Source: a virus (Duplodnaviria; Caudoviricetes). From it: 57,720 nucleotides of DNA. Location of the stretch: IMG/VR virus record IMGVR_UViG_3300009181_000083, positions 1 to 57,720 of that record; one strand, written 5' to 3'. Every line of letters begins with the position of its first letter. Within the stretch, counting starts at the first letter, position 1. Under the pieces are notes generated by a model that was not told the DNA's origin, did no database searches, and saw only the letters and a program-made list of their open reading frames with translations. Both the position numbers and the translations under genes were made by a program. This document shows positions 40,259 to 51,100 of this stretch, in pieces.

Positions 40259-42136
40259 TTAAGTTTGCTCCTTCGCCATTAAAAATTTAAAAACTAAATC
40301 TACTTTTAAATTATAGTTATTATCTATAGATAATTTTAAATCATCTAGAAAATATGTTAAATCCTGTTGCTGTAAAGATGAGCTGGCGTATATTTTGGCA
40401 AAAATAGACAAAACCAATGGAGAGGACCCACTAAATAAATAACCGCTCGGTCCGTCAAGGATTTCAAATGTCAATAAGTCTTTTATTTTTGTAAATATTG
40501 AAGCGGTGGAGGTGTTGACTCCGTTGGCTGAACCGTCATAAAGCTGTTCTCTGTCTATTTTCATTTCTAAAGAAATATTTCTGGATCCTTGCGATAGTTG
40601 TCTTGTTTGGTATATTATTTCTTTTCCTAACAGCTTCGAAGAGGATCCTATTAATTTAATAGTTGAGAATTTATTTACTGGATCTGTACAAGTTTCGGTG
40701 GTCGTTAGTTTTCTCACTATCACATTAGCGCCAGAAGCCCTTAAAGTTGGAGAATTTGAATAGGTTTTAGAATAAGAAGTCTCCACTCCGAACTTCGCAA
40801 AAGTCATTGTCGAAGCTGTTTTAATTCCAACGTAAGAATCGCTTAATCCAGAGATTTTTTTATAATAAGAATCTATTTCACTAAGATCATCACTGTCTAT
40901 TATTGCTTTAACTACGCTTATTTTATTTATAAAATCTTTTATTTTATTAGTGTAAAGTCTGATGGACCCTTCTTTAGAGACTTCGTAGACTCCAAGGCTG
41001 TCTTTTTTTAAAAGTATGGAGTAAGTATGTATGCTTGTCACATTAGAGTAGGCTGGATTCGTTGTAAATTTTATTTCGTAACCAACTTCTGAGGTCACAT
41101 CTGTTAAATCTTTGGTGATTGATATTGGATTAGTTTGTAGAGTGTTCGAGCCGCTATATTTTGGAAGGACCCCCTGAATCCTGCTAAAAGAAGCATTGCA
41201 TCTAGTATAAGCGTCTGATAAATTAGTATTTAATTTTGCGACAGCGTTATTTCTTGCTAATGTGTATGAAACCCCCTTCCCTTTGATTCGCCCTTTTTCA
41301 GACACCTCTATTGATCCGTCGTCTTTGTAGCTCACTTCTGTGGTTATCGTTTCGGATGTGGACGCCCCATTATTTTGCGAGAAGACTGTGTAGTTTTTAG
41401 AATAAGCGAATTTATAATTAATTAAATCAACAGATTGTTCCGTGAGAGACGATCCGTAATCACTAGTAGAGTTTTGAAAATCAGCAGAACTATAAAGAGA
41501 ATATATCGAAGACAAGCTTTGTAAAGTTTGGGCAAAAAAACCATTAGCCACCGCCACTGCGGCGATTGTAAGGTTCGCGTCTAAAATAACTTCTCCCGGG
41601 TCGTATTGAAAACTAATACTATGAGACGCTTCAAAATTTCCATCTTCCCCTAATTTGAAAGAAAAATCTTCTGAAAAATCTTTTAATTTATACCATTTCC
41701 AAAGCTCATTACTCTGGTTTAGAGTTTTAACGTCGCTTGGCAAATTAGCGTCCGCAAAAGTGCTATCGTCGTCTACTTTTATAATTTCTAATTGAATTGT
41801 AAATTTAGAAAGATTAATTGCATTTTCATCGAAGTTTACTGAAGTAGGAAAACTGAAAGAAATAAATCTAGCTTTACCATACAAAACGTCATTTAGTTTT
41901 AAATCAACAAAATCAACAGAATTAGCTAAAAGATTTTTGACGTCCTTAAAATGCTCGGTGACCGATTGCGCAACGCCTTTTTGCGAAAACAAACCTTCTA
42001 AAGATATGACTTCTTTCCTTCTGTAATTAAATGCTCCCATTTTTTCATTTTGCATCGAGTAACTCAAGAGAGTAGCTACTGCAAAACTTATCGACGAGTT
42101 GTCAAATTTTAATACTGTTTCTGATGCGAATGACAT
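40259..42136 (-). CDS. Distal tail (Dit-like) protein
   Basis: Immediately downstream of the TMP; beta-rich with tube-like repeats. Confidence 0.5.
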   Translation of the reverse strand: MSFASETVLKFDNSSISFAVATLLSYSMQNEKMGAFNYRRKEVISLEGLFSQKGVAQSVTEHFKDVKNLLANSVDFVDLKLNDVLYGKARFISFSFPTSVNFDENAINLSKFTIQLEIIKVDDDSTFADANLPSDVKTLNQSNELWKWYKLKDFSEDFSFKLGEDGNFEASHSISFQYDPGEVILDANLTIAAVAVANGFFAQTLQSLSSIYSLYSSADFQNSTSDYGSSLTEQSVDLINYKFAYSKNYTVFSQNNGASTSETITTEVSYKDDGSIEVSEKGRIKGKGVSYTLARNNAVAKLNTNLSDAYTRCNASFSRIQGVLPKYSGSNTLQTNPISITKDLTDVTSEVGYEIKFTTNPAYSNVTSIHTYSILLKKDSLGVYEVSKEGSIRLYTNKIKDFINKISVVKAIIDSDDLSEIDSYYKKISGLSDSYVGIKTASTMTFAKFGVETSYSKTYSNSPTLRASGANVIVRKLTTTETCTDPVNKFSTIKLIGSSSKLLGKEIIYQTRQLSQGSRNISLEMKIDREQLYDGSANGVNTSTASIFTKIKDLLTFEILDGPSGYLFSGSSPLVLSIFAKIYASSSLQQQDLTYFLDDLKLSIDNNYNLKVDLVFKFLMAKEQT

Positions 42137-42142
42137 AATTTT

Positions 42143-45100
42143 TTATCTTTTTGCAATTCTTGGACCCATTTTACCCATTTCTTTCGGGAATTTAGATTGT
42201 AATATATCTAAAACACCATCCATCATTGAGTCTGAATTTCCTTGATATGATCTTTCGTCATTTATATTAACTATGTTTGAATTAGAAACATTTGGAACCA
42301 TTCCTCCTGCAAATGATGCTATTCCATTTTTCATAGCTTCTGTGATTGCAGCTGTAAATTGTTCTGTTGAGAAATTAGGAATAAATCCTGCACTAAATCC
42401 TAAAGATTGTTGTTGAGCTGGGTTTAATATAGCGTGAGTCTCTGATGGGTTTTTAGGTTTCATATTTGCACCGGCTGGACCGAACATTCTACTATATACT
42501 TCACTGGCCGGAACTTCTATTTCAGCGCTGTTGATTACGGCATTTTTATACACGCTAGAACGCATCGGAACGGCGTCTCTATGTCCAGCGTAACTTGGGC
42601 TAGATAAAACCGCACGTTTTTCTTGCATGAACATGGGAGCGAAGCCTCTCGCGTAATTATTGATCTTCCCACTCCTAGCTGGTATAAACCCATTGGAATA
42701 ACCATTTAAAAGTTTTTCAAGCTCCGTCATGCTCTCTATCTGATTTTTATTTATTGATTCTTGTTCTTTGTTTAGCATTCCCGCAGCTTCAACCCCTTCG
42801 CTTGTCAGCCCGAGCCCTTGCGGAGTCATCGCACTTAAAGGATTTCCTGCCACGCTCCTTAGCGTAACTTGATTAGACTCTCCCAGAGCTGCAAAAGTGC
42901 GGGTAAGTGCAGGATTTTCTGGCGTCGTGGCGTTTAACAGGGCTCCGCCCGCAGCTTCCTTATCTAACCTTGCCAAGGATTCTTGTTTTATTAGAAGAGC
43001 GTCAGCCTTTTCTCTTTGCGAATCTGACATGTCAAGGTAATTCAGCATAATTTGCGAATCCGACTTTCCCGGGAACGTTGCCCTAGTTAAGCTGCCGTCT
43101 TTCTCTAGGAACGCCGTCATCCTTTGCTGCCTATCATTTAGGACTTTAGATTGCTGTTCTCTAATAGCGGGCATTAGAGTAGGATCTACTGATGCAAGGC
43201 TGGGATCTCGCATGTATTCTCGCAACATGAGGTCTTTCTTGTCTTTGATTTCCAACGCGCTTTGTTCAGCATTTGGACGTTGATATTCGTCAAGAGGGGC
43301 AGCGAATCCCGTTCGCGCTTTCACGGCGTCAGCCATTAACCCAAACGCTTTCTCTCTCTGCTCGCTTGATAAGAGAGCAAGTTCGCTGTCGCCAGACGGT
43401 CTAAGTGACTGCTCCTGCCGATCATATATGACGGGTTGGTCCCATAACCCACGTTTTTTTACGTGATTTATAATCTCGTCAGATGTTGAGGTAATTAGGT
43501 CTGGATCGTTTGGACTAGGGTTATTGCGCAAGCGTTCCATTGCGTAACTTAATTGGGCCGTTTTCTTGGCTTGTTCTTTTGCTTCTTTTTCTTCCTTTGG
43601 GTGGGGGGTGAGTCTGTCGATCTGAGCGCCAAATGCCCCCATTCCAAGAGCCGAGAAGGTGTTTTCGTTTGCGTGTTTCTCCATCTCTTGGGTTTTTGCG
43701 CGATTCAACCTTTCGGAAAAGGTCTCGCCGAGGCTGGGCCTGTCTCCATGGAAGTCCGTTATCCTCGCCAAAAGTGCTTCGTCGTTATTGTCCATAGGGG
43801 ATATGCCTTGTCTCACGGAGATGTCCATACTCTTCTTTTTTAGGACGGTATCTTCAACAGGTAGCTGTCGATACATGCTAAGAATCGCAGCTTCTTTATC
43901 CGACAGGTTGAGATTTTCTCGGTTTTTGACAGCCTTAGCCGTTCGAAAAGCTACTACGTTGGCTTCTATTCGATTATACTCGGTCTTATATCTTTCAAGA
44001 CTAGCGATTTTGGCGTCGAAATAAGCTGCGTCGCTCTTCGACATTGATAAATATTGATTTAAACGTTCGTTGTCCGACTGGGGCGACGATTGAGGAGTAT
44101 ACATAGCTGCTAATCGTGGATCGTGTCTCAATTTATTAGCAGCCACTCTGTAGCTATCATGCGGTGCTCTCGTTTCCGTTATGCGAGGTATGTCCACAGG
44201 GCTATCCAATACATCTCGTTTCACGCTTAGAAAGCGTTGCTTGCGCTCGTCAAGTAGTGCCTTCTCCTCTTCATAAACAGAATTTTTACGATTCGGAATA
44301 AACTTTACTTCACCACCATTTTCCCAATCTGTCACCTTTTCGAAAGCGTTAGGCGCCAGCCCCCTCAAGATTTCATTTTCTTTTGCCGCCACTTCTATTC
44401 CAGTTAGCTGATCCGCACGTTCAGCTCGCAATGCCGCAGCGCTCTGCTTGTTCGCAGACAGTCTTTCAGATCTTCCCTCTTCATAATTGGGTCGACTTCT
44501 AGCCCATTCGGTTTCAAACTCGATATCATCTTTTGTACGAATCTGACCTCCAGGAAAACGTTTGGAAATCTTACGAGACTCAGGGTTTCTTGCTTCTGCC
44601 AGCAACCGCTCATTGAGACGTGTTTTCCAGTTTGCATTCTCGTCTTCTCCTTGCATGGACATCGTCATTGCCCCAAGTTTATCACCTAAGCCAATTCCCT
44701 CTTCAATCATCCCCCCCACCGCATAACCCGTGTCCCAAACGCCCTTTGCCAATAGAATTCCGCCGATGATCGGACCAACTACCGGAATGAAAGGCAAAGC
44801 CGTATAAAGAGCTCCCCAGGCGGCAGCTTTCAAAGCCTCAGACTGGGCATCTTCTTTGCTAATAAGTCCTTTGTTATAATCTTTATTTATATCGTATAGA
44901 GAGGAGAGGGTGTGAAGTGCGCCCGCAGCTATGCCGATCTTAGCCATGGGGCCCATACCTCCAGCACCACCTCTAGGGCCACCTTTAGGCGTCTGACCTC
45001 CAGGCGCTTTAGTAAAGCGACCCCGAGCGTCCCTCAACGGCCCTTTGCCTCCAGATCCCTTACTCCCAGGAGTCTTAGCTCCAGAAGTCTTACCTCCAGG

Positions 45101-48100
45101 AGCCCCAGCATTTGCAGGACCACCCGCTCTATTCTGAAATCTATATTGACCGTAAGAAACTGCAAAATTGATCGCCTCATTACGCACCAATTTTATTAAT
45201 TCTTCAGTTACCTTTTCGCCCTTCTCAGCCTCTGTTAGCTTATTGTCGTTATAAATGTCATAGATGTTCTTACCCCCAAGAGCTATGTCACCGCCCATGA
45301 ACAATTTAGAATAACCGCCCATCTTATAACCCGGCCTGCTTCCCGCCTGACCAGCTTTATTCTGAGACTCTACTGAGGAAGTCTTATTTCCAGGTTTCTT
45401 AGCTCCAAAGTAGTCGTATCTTCCCGTCTTTGGATTAAAAATGTCCTGACCTCCGGGTTTGACAACTTTACTTTGTTTTGAACCAGCCTTCGAAGGCTTT
45501 TTAGCCGGTGAACTAAGAGGAGCTGCGGGCGGAGTAGTTGTTGATGGTGAACTAAGAGGAGCTGTAGGCGGAGTAGCTCCGGATGGTGAAGGAGTCCTTG
45601 ATGCAGCGGATAGTGATGAAGTAGGACTTTGTCCAAAGACATTTTTAACTAATGTTTGCGACAGATTTCCGCCCATGTATCCTGAAGACCCTCTCAAATC
45701 ACTTGGATTGACTTCGAAAACAATAGTGCCAACTTTGCCTCTTCCGCCAGAGTAAAATTCCCTCGACTTAACGCCAGCATTTTTTGCCGCTTCTAAAGTA
45801 GTTCCACCAACATCAACTCCGAAGAAGGCATTTTTTATCCCTTTCTGTTTCACTGAGGCTCTTATAGCGTGAACAGCGGAACTTTCCGCTGCTTTTTTAA
45901 AAGATTGAGTCATTTTAATAGCTTCATCTTTGGCAAGCCCAGCCTTCATATAGGATTGAATCGACGCCTCAGCGGTAGGATCGGCTTTAGTGGCTTTTAA
46001 AATTGTTCCACCTTTTATTATTTTTACATTTCCTTTATCATCTACCGCGACATGAACTCTTAACTCGTTGTAATAAGTGGGAACTTTTGCTTGAGTAAAA
46101 AATCCACTTCCAGTGCCTTTGCTATATTGATTTATGATAGAGGCGGTGTCGGAAGTTGTTAATTTACCTCCCCTTCCAAATACTCCTCTACTTTGAATAT
46201 TTGACTCTCCAAATGCTGTTTTAACAACTATATCTTCTCCTCCTGTTTTTTTATGAATTTGGGTCAATAAATTTTCTGGAGTAAGTTTTCCTTGCCTGTT
46301 TAGTCTAGATAGAATTCCATCTATTGGTTGAGATCTAGCTACCCCCGGAAGCTTTAATTCATCAAGTTTCGTTACTTTAGGATCGTTTAGTCCAAGAATA
46401 GATTTTCCTTTACCGCCGGTTTGCCCGAGTTCTGTAGATATTGTTCTTGATCCTTTCGGTAAATCGTTAGAGTTTATTAAAGCAGTTTCTACTGAGCTAT
46501 CCGGATTGACTTTTCTAAAACCGTCACCGATGTGATCCCAAACATACAATTTTCCAAGCGATGCTTGTTTCCTAGCTAAATTTGCTTTCTTTTGACCAAA
46601 AGCTGCAAAATTTGGAATATAACCATCAGCCAATCCAATACTAGCCAAACCTCTCGGTTCATCAATTGTGTTTGTTACTGCTAATCCAAAAGGATTACTT
46701 GATTGTTTTAATTTGTTGCTTTGATCTACTCTAATTGAATTAAATGGTACAAATTCAGACTCTCTGCGAATTGCGTCTCTTAAAGGGCTTTTAAAATTTG
46801 GAATGAACCCACCAGCCTTGCCCATGTCCGCCGCCGCTGCTTGATCTGCGCTAGACGCCTCAGGACCTCCGGTAAAATAATCTGAAACATCACTGGCCAT
46901 ATTGCTAAAATACGACATGACACCATCCATAAAACTGCCGTCCTTTTTCTTTTCCGAGTCTGGGTCTAGTCCTTCGACTATAATCTTCGCTTTCGTTATA
47001 GTTAGCCCTCTCTCGAATGACTTTCCTAAAGAAGTTTCAAATTCGTCCATTTTGGTTTTCGTGTCCTTGCTTGACTCATTTATTAAAGCGTCAGCCTGCG
47101 GTTGCATAGCTTTTTCAGATGCTCTAAGTCGCTGATCATCAGATCTTTTTTCCATGTCATCTTGCGTATTGCTCTGTGAATAATCAGCTATTGCCTGCTT
47201 TACTTCATCGGGCATTTTACTCAACCCAAGGTGAGCCTGCGTCTGTATTTTACCTATCGCATATAGATCTTGCGAATCATTAGCTTTCGCTCGCATAGCT
47301 CCGCCCAGCTGATAGTCACCCATTCGATCAGCCCGCCTAGCGTCTCTAAGTAAAGACTTCCTCAAGTCTCTCGCTCTTAAATTTGCACCGACTTCCGTTG
47401 CTCTGTCAAACGCTCCTTCACCGAAATTCAATCCTGCATATTTTTCTTTAACCCCTTTCGCGAAATTAACATATCCAGCATCAGCTGTATTTTGAGATCC
47501 AAATCGGTTTCCCAATGCATACTGCATGGACGCTCTCGCAGTCGGTTCGTCAGACGCCCTTTTGCCTTCGTAACTTAAAGATGCCGCCATTCCTCCTCCA
47601 AAAACCAACCTTCGTTTTAAAGCTAAAAGTGCAAGATCTTTCTTTTTTTTCTCATCTGCTTTTGATTCGATTACTTGCATTGCGTTTTGCGACTGTTTAG
47701 TTTCAGAAAGAAGTGCCTCTAGCTCGTTTTTTTGTTTAGGATCTTTAGTTTGTTTTATACTATTTTTCAGTGACGATTCCAGCTCTTGACTCGGACCTTG
47801 ACCAATAAAACGACTAAGCCCTGGCATTTTTTCAGCTTTAGAAGAAAGCATTGCACCAAATCTTGCTCTTTCCTGCCCTGATTCCATTGCCACGTCCACG
47901 TTTCTCCTCGCGTCTATTTCGGACTCTGGTCCGAAATTAGATGCGTAATCAACCAAATCATTAAGATAATCACCTCTAGACGATTTTTTTATGGCTCTTA
48001 ATTTTTTATTTTGTTCATTCTGCATTCGAATATCTGAGGATGGTCGCCTGAGATTCGTTAATTGATTTTTTGTTAGCTCTTCTTTCTCGCTTATCTTTTC

Positions 48101-51100
48101 ATTCGTCTGTAAAAAATTAATAAATGGCGTTATGAGTCTCCCTTTAGTCCCGGCGAGAACTTTGTTAGCGTCTCCTATGCCAGCTTTCTTCAGGGCCTCT
48201 CCAAGATTTTCAGGCGTTAAATTTTTAACGTCCAACTTGCTCATGTCAGCTTGACTAGACCAATCTGAGAATAAAGACTTTATCGCCTTTGGTTTTCTTT
48301 TTTTGTCATCTAATTCTAAAAACTTAATAGAAGCATCATTAACAACTTTATCTTTAGTCGCTGACTCTACCGCATCTGCTAAAATTGTTTGTTTTTCCGC
48401 TGATGTCCGTGCCGTCGCCAACTTCATTGCCGCTTGTGGATTACTTTTATCCATGCTTCTCATTAGCTCTGCTTGTTTTTTACCTAATTTAATAAGGACT
48501 TCTGGACTAACGCTCGGGTCTAAATAAGCATTGTTTAAGTCTTCAATGGATTGAGCTAATTGTCCTGCATTTTGAGTAAGTTTATTGAATTTATCAGCAG
48601 TGTTATCTTTTACTTTTTGAAATTGATCTGATCTTACGTCAGCTTCTGTTTGACTAGCTCCTGAAAAACCAGATATTATAGCTGGTGCGTTTTGCGCGAT
48701 AGCCATACCCACATTTGCAGCTTTTCCCCATCCAGTTCTACCACGAGCAAATCCTGAGACGATATCCATCCCAGCCATACCTAAGGGAAGCCCTCGTTGC
48801 ACGGCAGCAATCGTACCTACGTTATTTTGATTCGCTACCCCGCTCAACATCATTGACGCGCCTCCAATTAAACTTGATCTCATCATCCCACCCATCATGC
48901 TCGGACCTTCTTGAGGTTGGTAGTTACTCATACTTCCGTGCTTCACTCTGAACGCTGCCATATCAGCCAGTCGTTCATCTTTCCTTTTCTGCTCCCACCA
49001 ATCTGATATCTTATTGAAATTAGGAATGAAACCTTTAGACTTAATCAACCCAGCGCCTTTTTGCATCGAAGCTGAATCTGACAAAGCATTTTGAAGTCCT
49101 CCATGATCATTTATAGCTGATTCGAAAGTCGGCTGACTGGAATTACGAACATGAGGAAACGGTTCGGTATCGAATATTGCTGTGCCATTTCCAGCTTCTG
49201 ACTCTAGTTGTTTTACTTCATCTAAATAAGCAAAATTGGGGATAAATCCTGCATACTTGTTCCGAGATCTCAGTACTCTTCGAGCTTTTTGCTTTAGCGA
49301 CTTGGCGGATGTGGACTTTGCATATTGTTGTCGAGATCTTTGAGTAGGCGTGGCTTGTTGATTTGTAGAAATAACCTCTATTATATTTCTACTATCTATA
49401 TCTCTACCATTTGAATCTATGGTTAAGTCTTTGCGTTTTTGGACAACTTTCTTTAGTCCACTAAGCATATCTGTTTTTATTTGTCCGATGTTGACAGACC
49501 CGCCTTGTAATTTTACTTGTCCTAAAAATAATTCATTTTCTTTTTCATTTTTTTTATTTTCATGTACCGTTTTGATAAAGTAATCATAGCCGTTAAAATT
49601 TGCTTTAAATAGACCGCTGTCGATTATTGAGTCGCCTCCACCTATCAACGTTGTTTTAAAACTGTCGAGAGCTTTACTCTCTTGAGAAAGCCTTTCCTTA
49701 AGGATATCTTTATGGTTTTGGGTTTTTTGGGTTTCTGAAACGCCTTCCTTTTTCGTCTCAGTCATTAACTTTTCGATGTTGCGTAGCGACACGTCTGCTT
49801 GCTCGTTGTCCGCATACGTATTGTATAGCATCTTCGCCCCGTGATTCATTAGGAAATTAGGAATAAAACCTCTACTAGAATAAGGATTAACTCCTGTTTG
49901 TTTAATTGCATTTTCTCGATGCATTTGCCCAGCTTTTGAACTTTCAGGCGGATTAATAAACGGTTGAGAAAACCCAGGAACGTATTTGACCTTCTCTGAG
50001 GTGTTCATTATTCCACCGATAGATGATGGAGTTTCCACCACCGCTCCCGGAGAGTATCCTCCACTTAGAGCTCCTGCTCTTTCTGCGTCTTGATCTGCTT
50101 TGGGAATGTAGCCCATTGCTCTTCTTTTTTTAAGTCCAGTTGTCGGACTTACTGTAAAACCACCTTGAGCTAATGTGTTTGCTAATGCAGAACTTAAAGT
50201 GGCATTTGTTTGCAGTTGAGCGGCTTGTTGCTGCATTATAGTTAGCAATGCTTGAGCAGCAGTTGTTTGACTTATTTGCCCACTGACTATTTGTTGTATG
50301 ATTTGCGGTTGATTATTAAGTGTAGAGGTGATTAAACTTTGTAAATTAAGAATATTCTGAGAAGCGCTAGTTACTCCCAAAAGGCTTCTTACAGCCTCTG
50401 TTCCAAATGTAAGTAATTTTTTACCAATAGCGAAAGCTAAAGCTCCGACGATAACGATTCCGGGCCCTGCTATCGCAGCTCCGAGTCCCTTAAGCAGTGA
50501 TTCGCCAAATGACCGACCACTTTTCGCTCCTTCTTCATCGCCTTCTTTTTTATCAAATACATTTAAAGTTTTATTTATTATTGCTGTTCCGGTCTTAACT
50601 AGCGGAGTCAACAGCGGGGTGGCAATTGCCGCTCCTTTTTGTTGTAGATTAGCTTTAGTTATTTCTATTGTAGCGGTGAGACTTTGATTTAAAGCTTCGT
50701 TTTTATCAAAAGCTTGATCTGTCGCAGAGTTCGACGCTTGTAAAGCTCTAGCATAAACACCATTAGATCTGGAAAGGTCATTAATTAAAGAATTTAATAT
50801 GTTGATTTGGAATATGCCGCCAAGTAATTCTGCTGTTTTTGCTTTTTCTGTTTGACTTAAGTTTTTTGTGGCGTCGGTGTAGTTTTTTAATATACTTATA
50901 CCATCTAAGAAATATCCATTTTGATCTTTTACCGCAACTCCGATTTCTCGTAATTGGTCTATAACTTCCGGCCTCTTCATTCTAGTGAAGATTGTTTTTA
51001 ATGCGTTTCCGATAACCGCACCGCCACGACCTGTCGTTTGTTGAGCGGCGGTGATGGATGCGACTAATTGATCAATTGAGACTCCAGAATCTTGAGCGGA

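Noticed and set aside
45507-45590. 39-bp direct repeat as a CRISPR array
   Set aside because: Copies are adjacent with no spacers and lie in frame within a Pro/Ser linker
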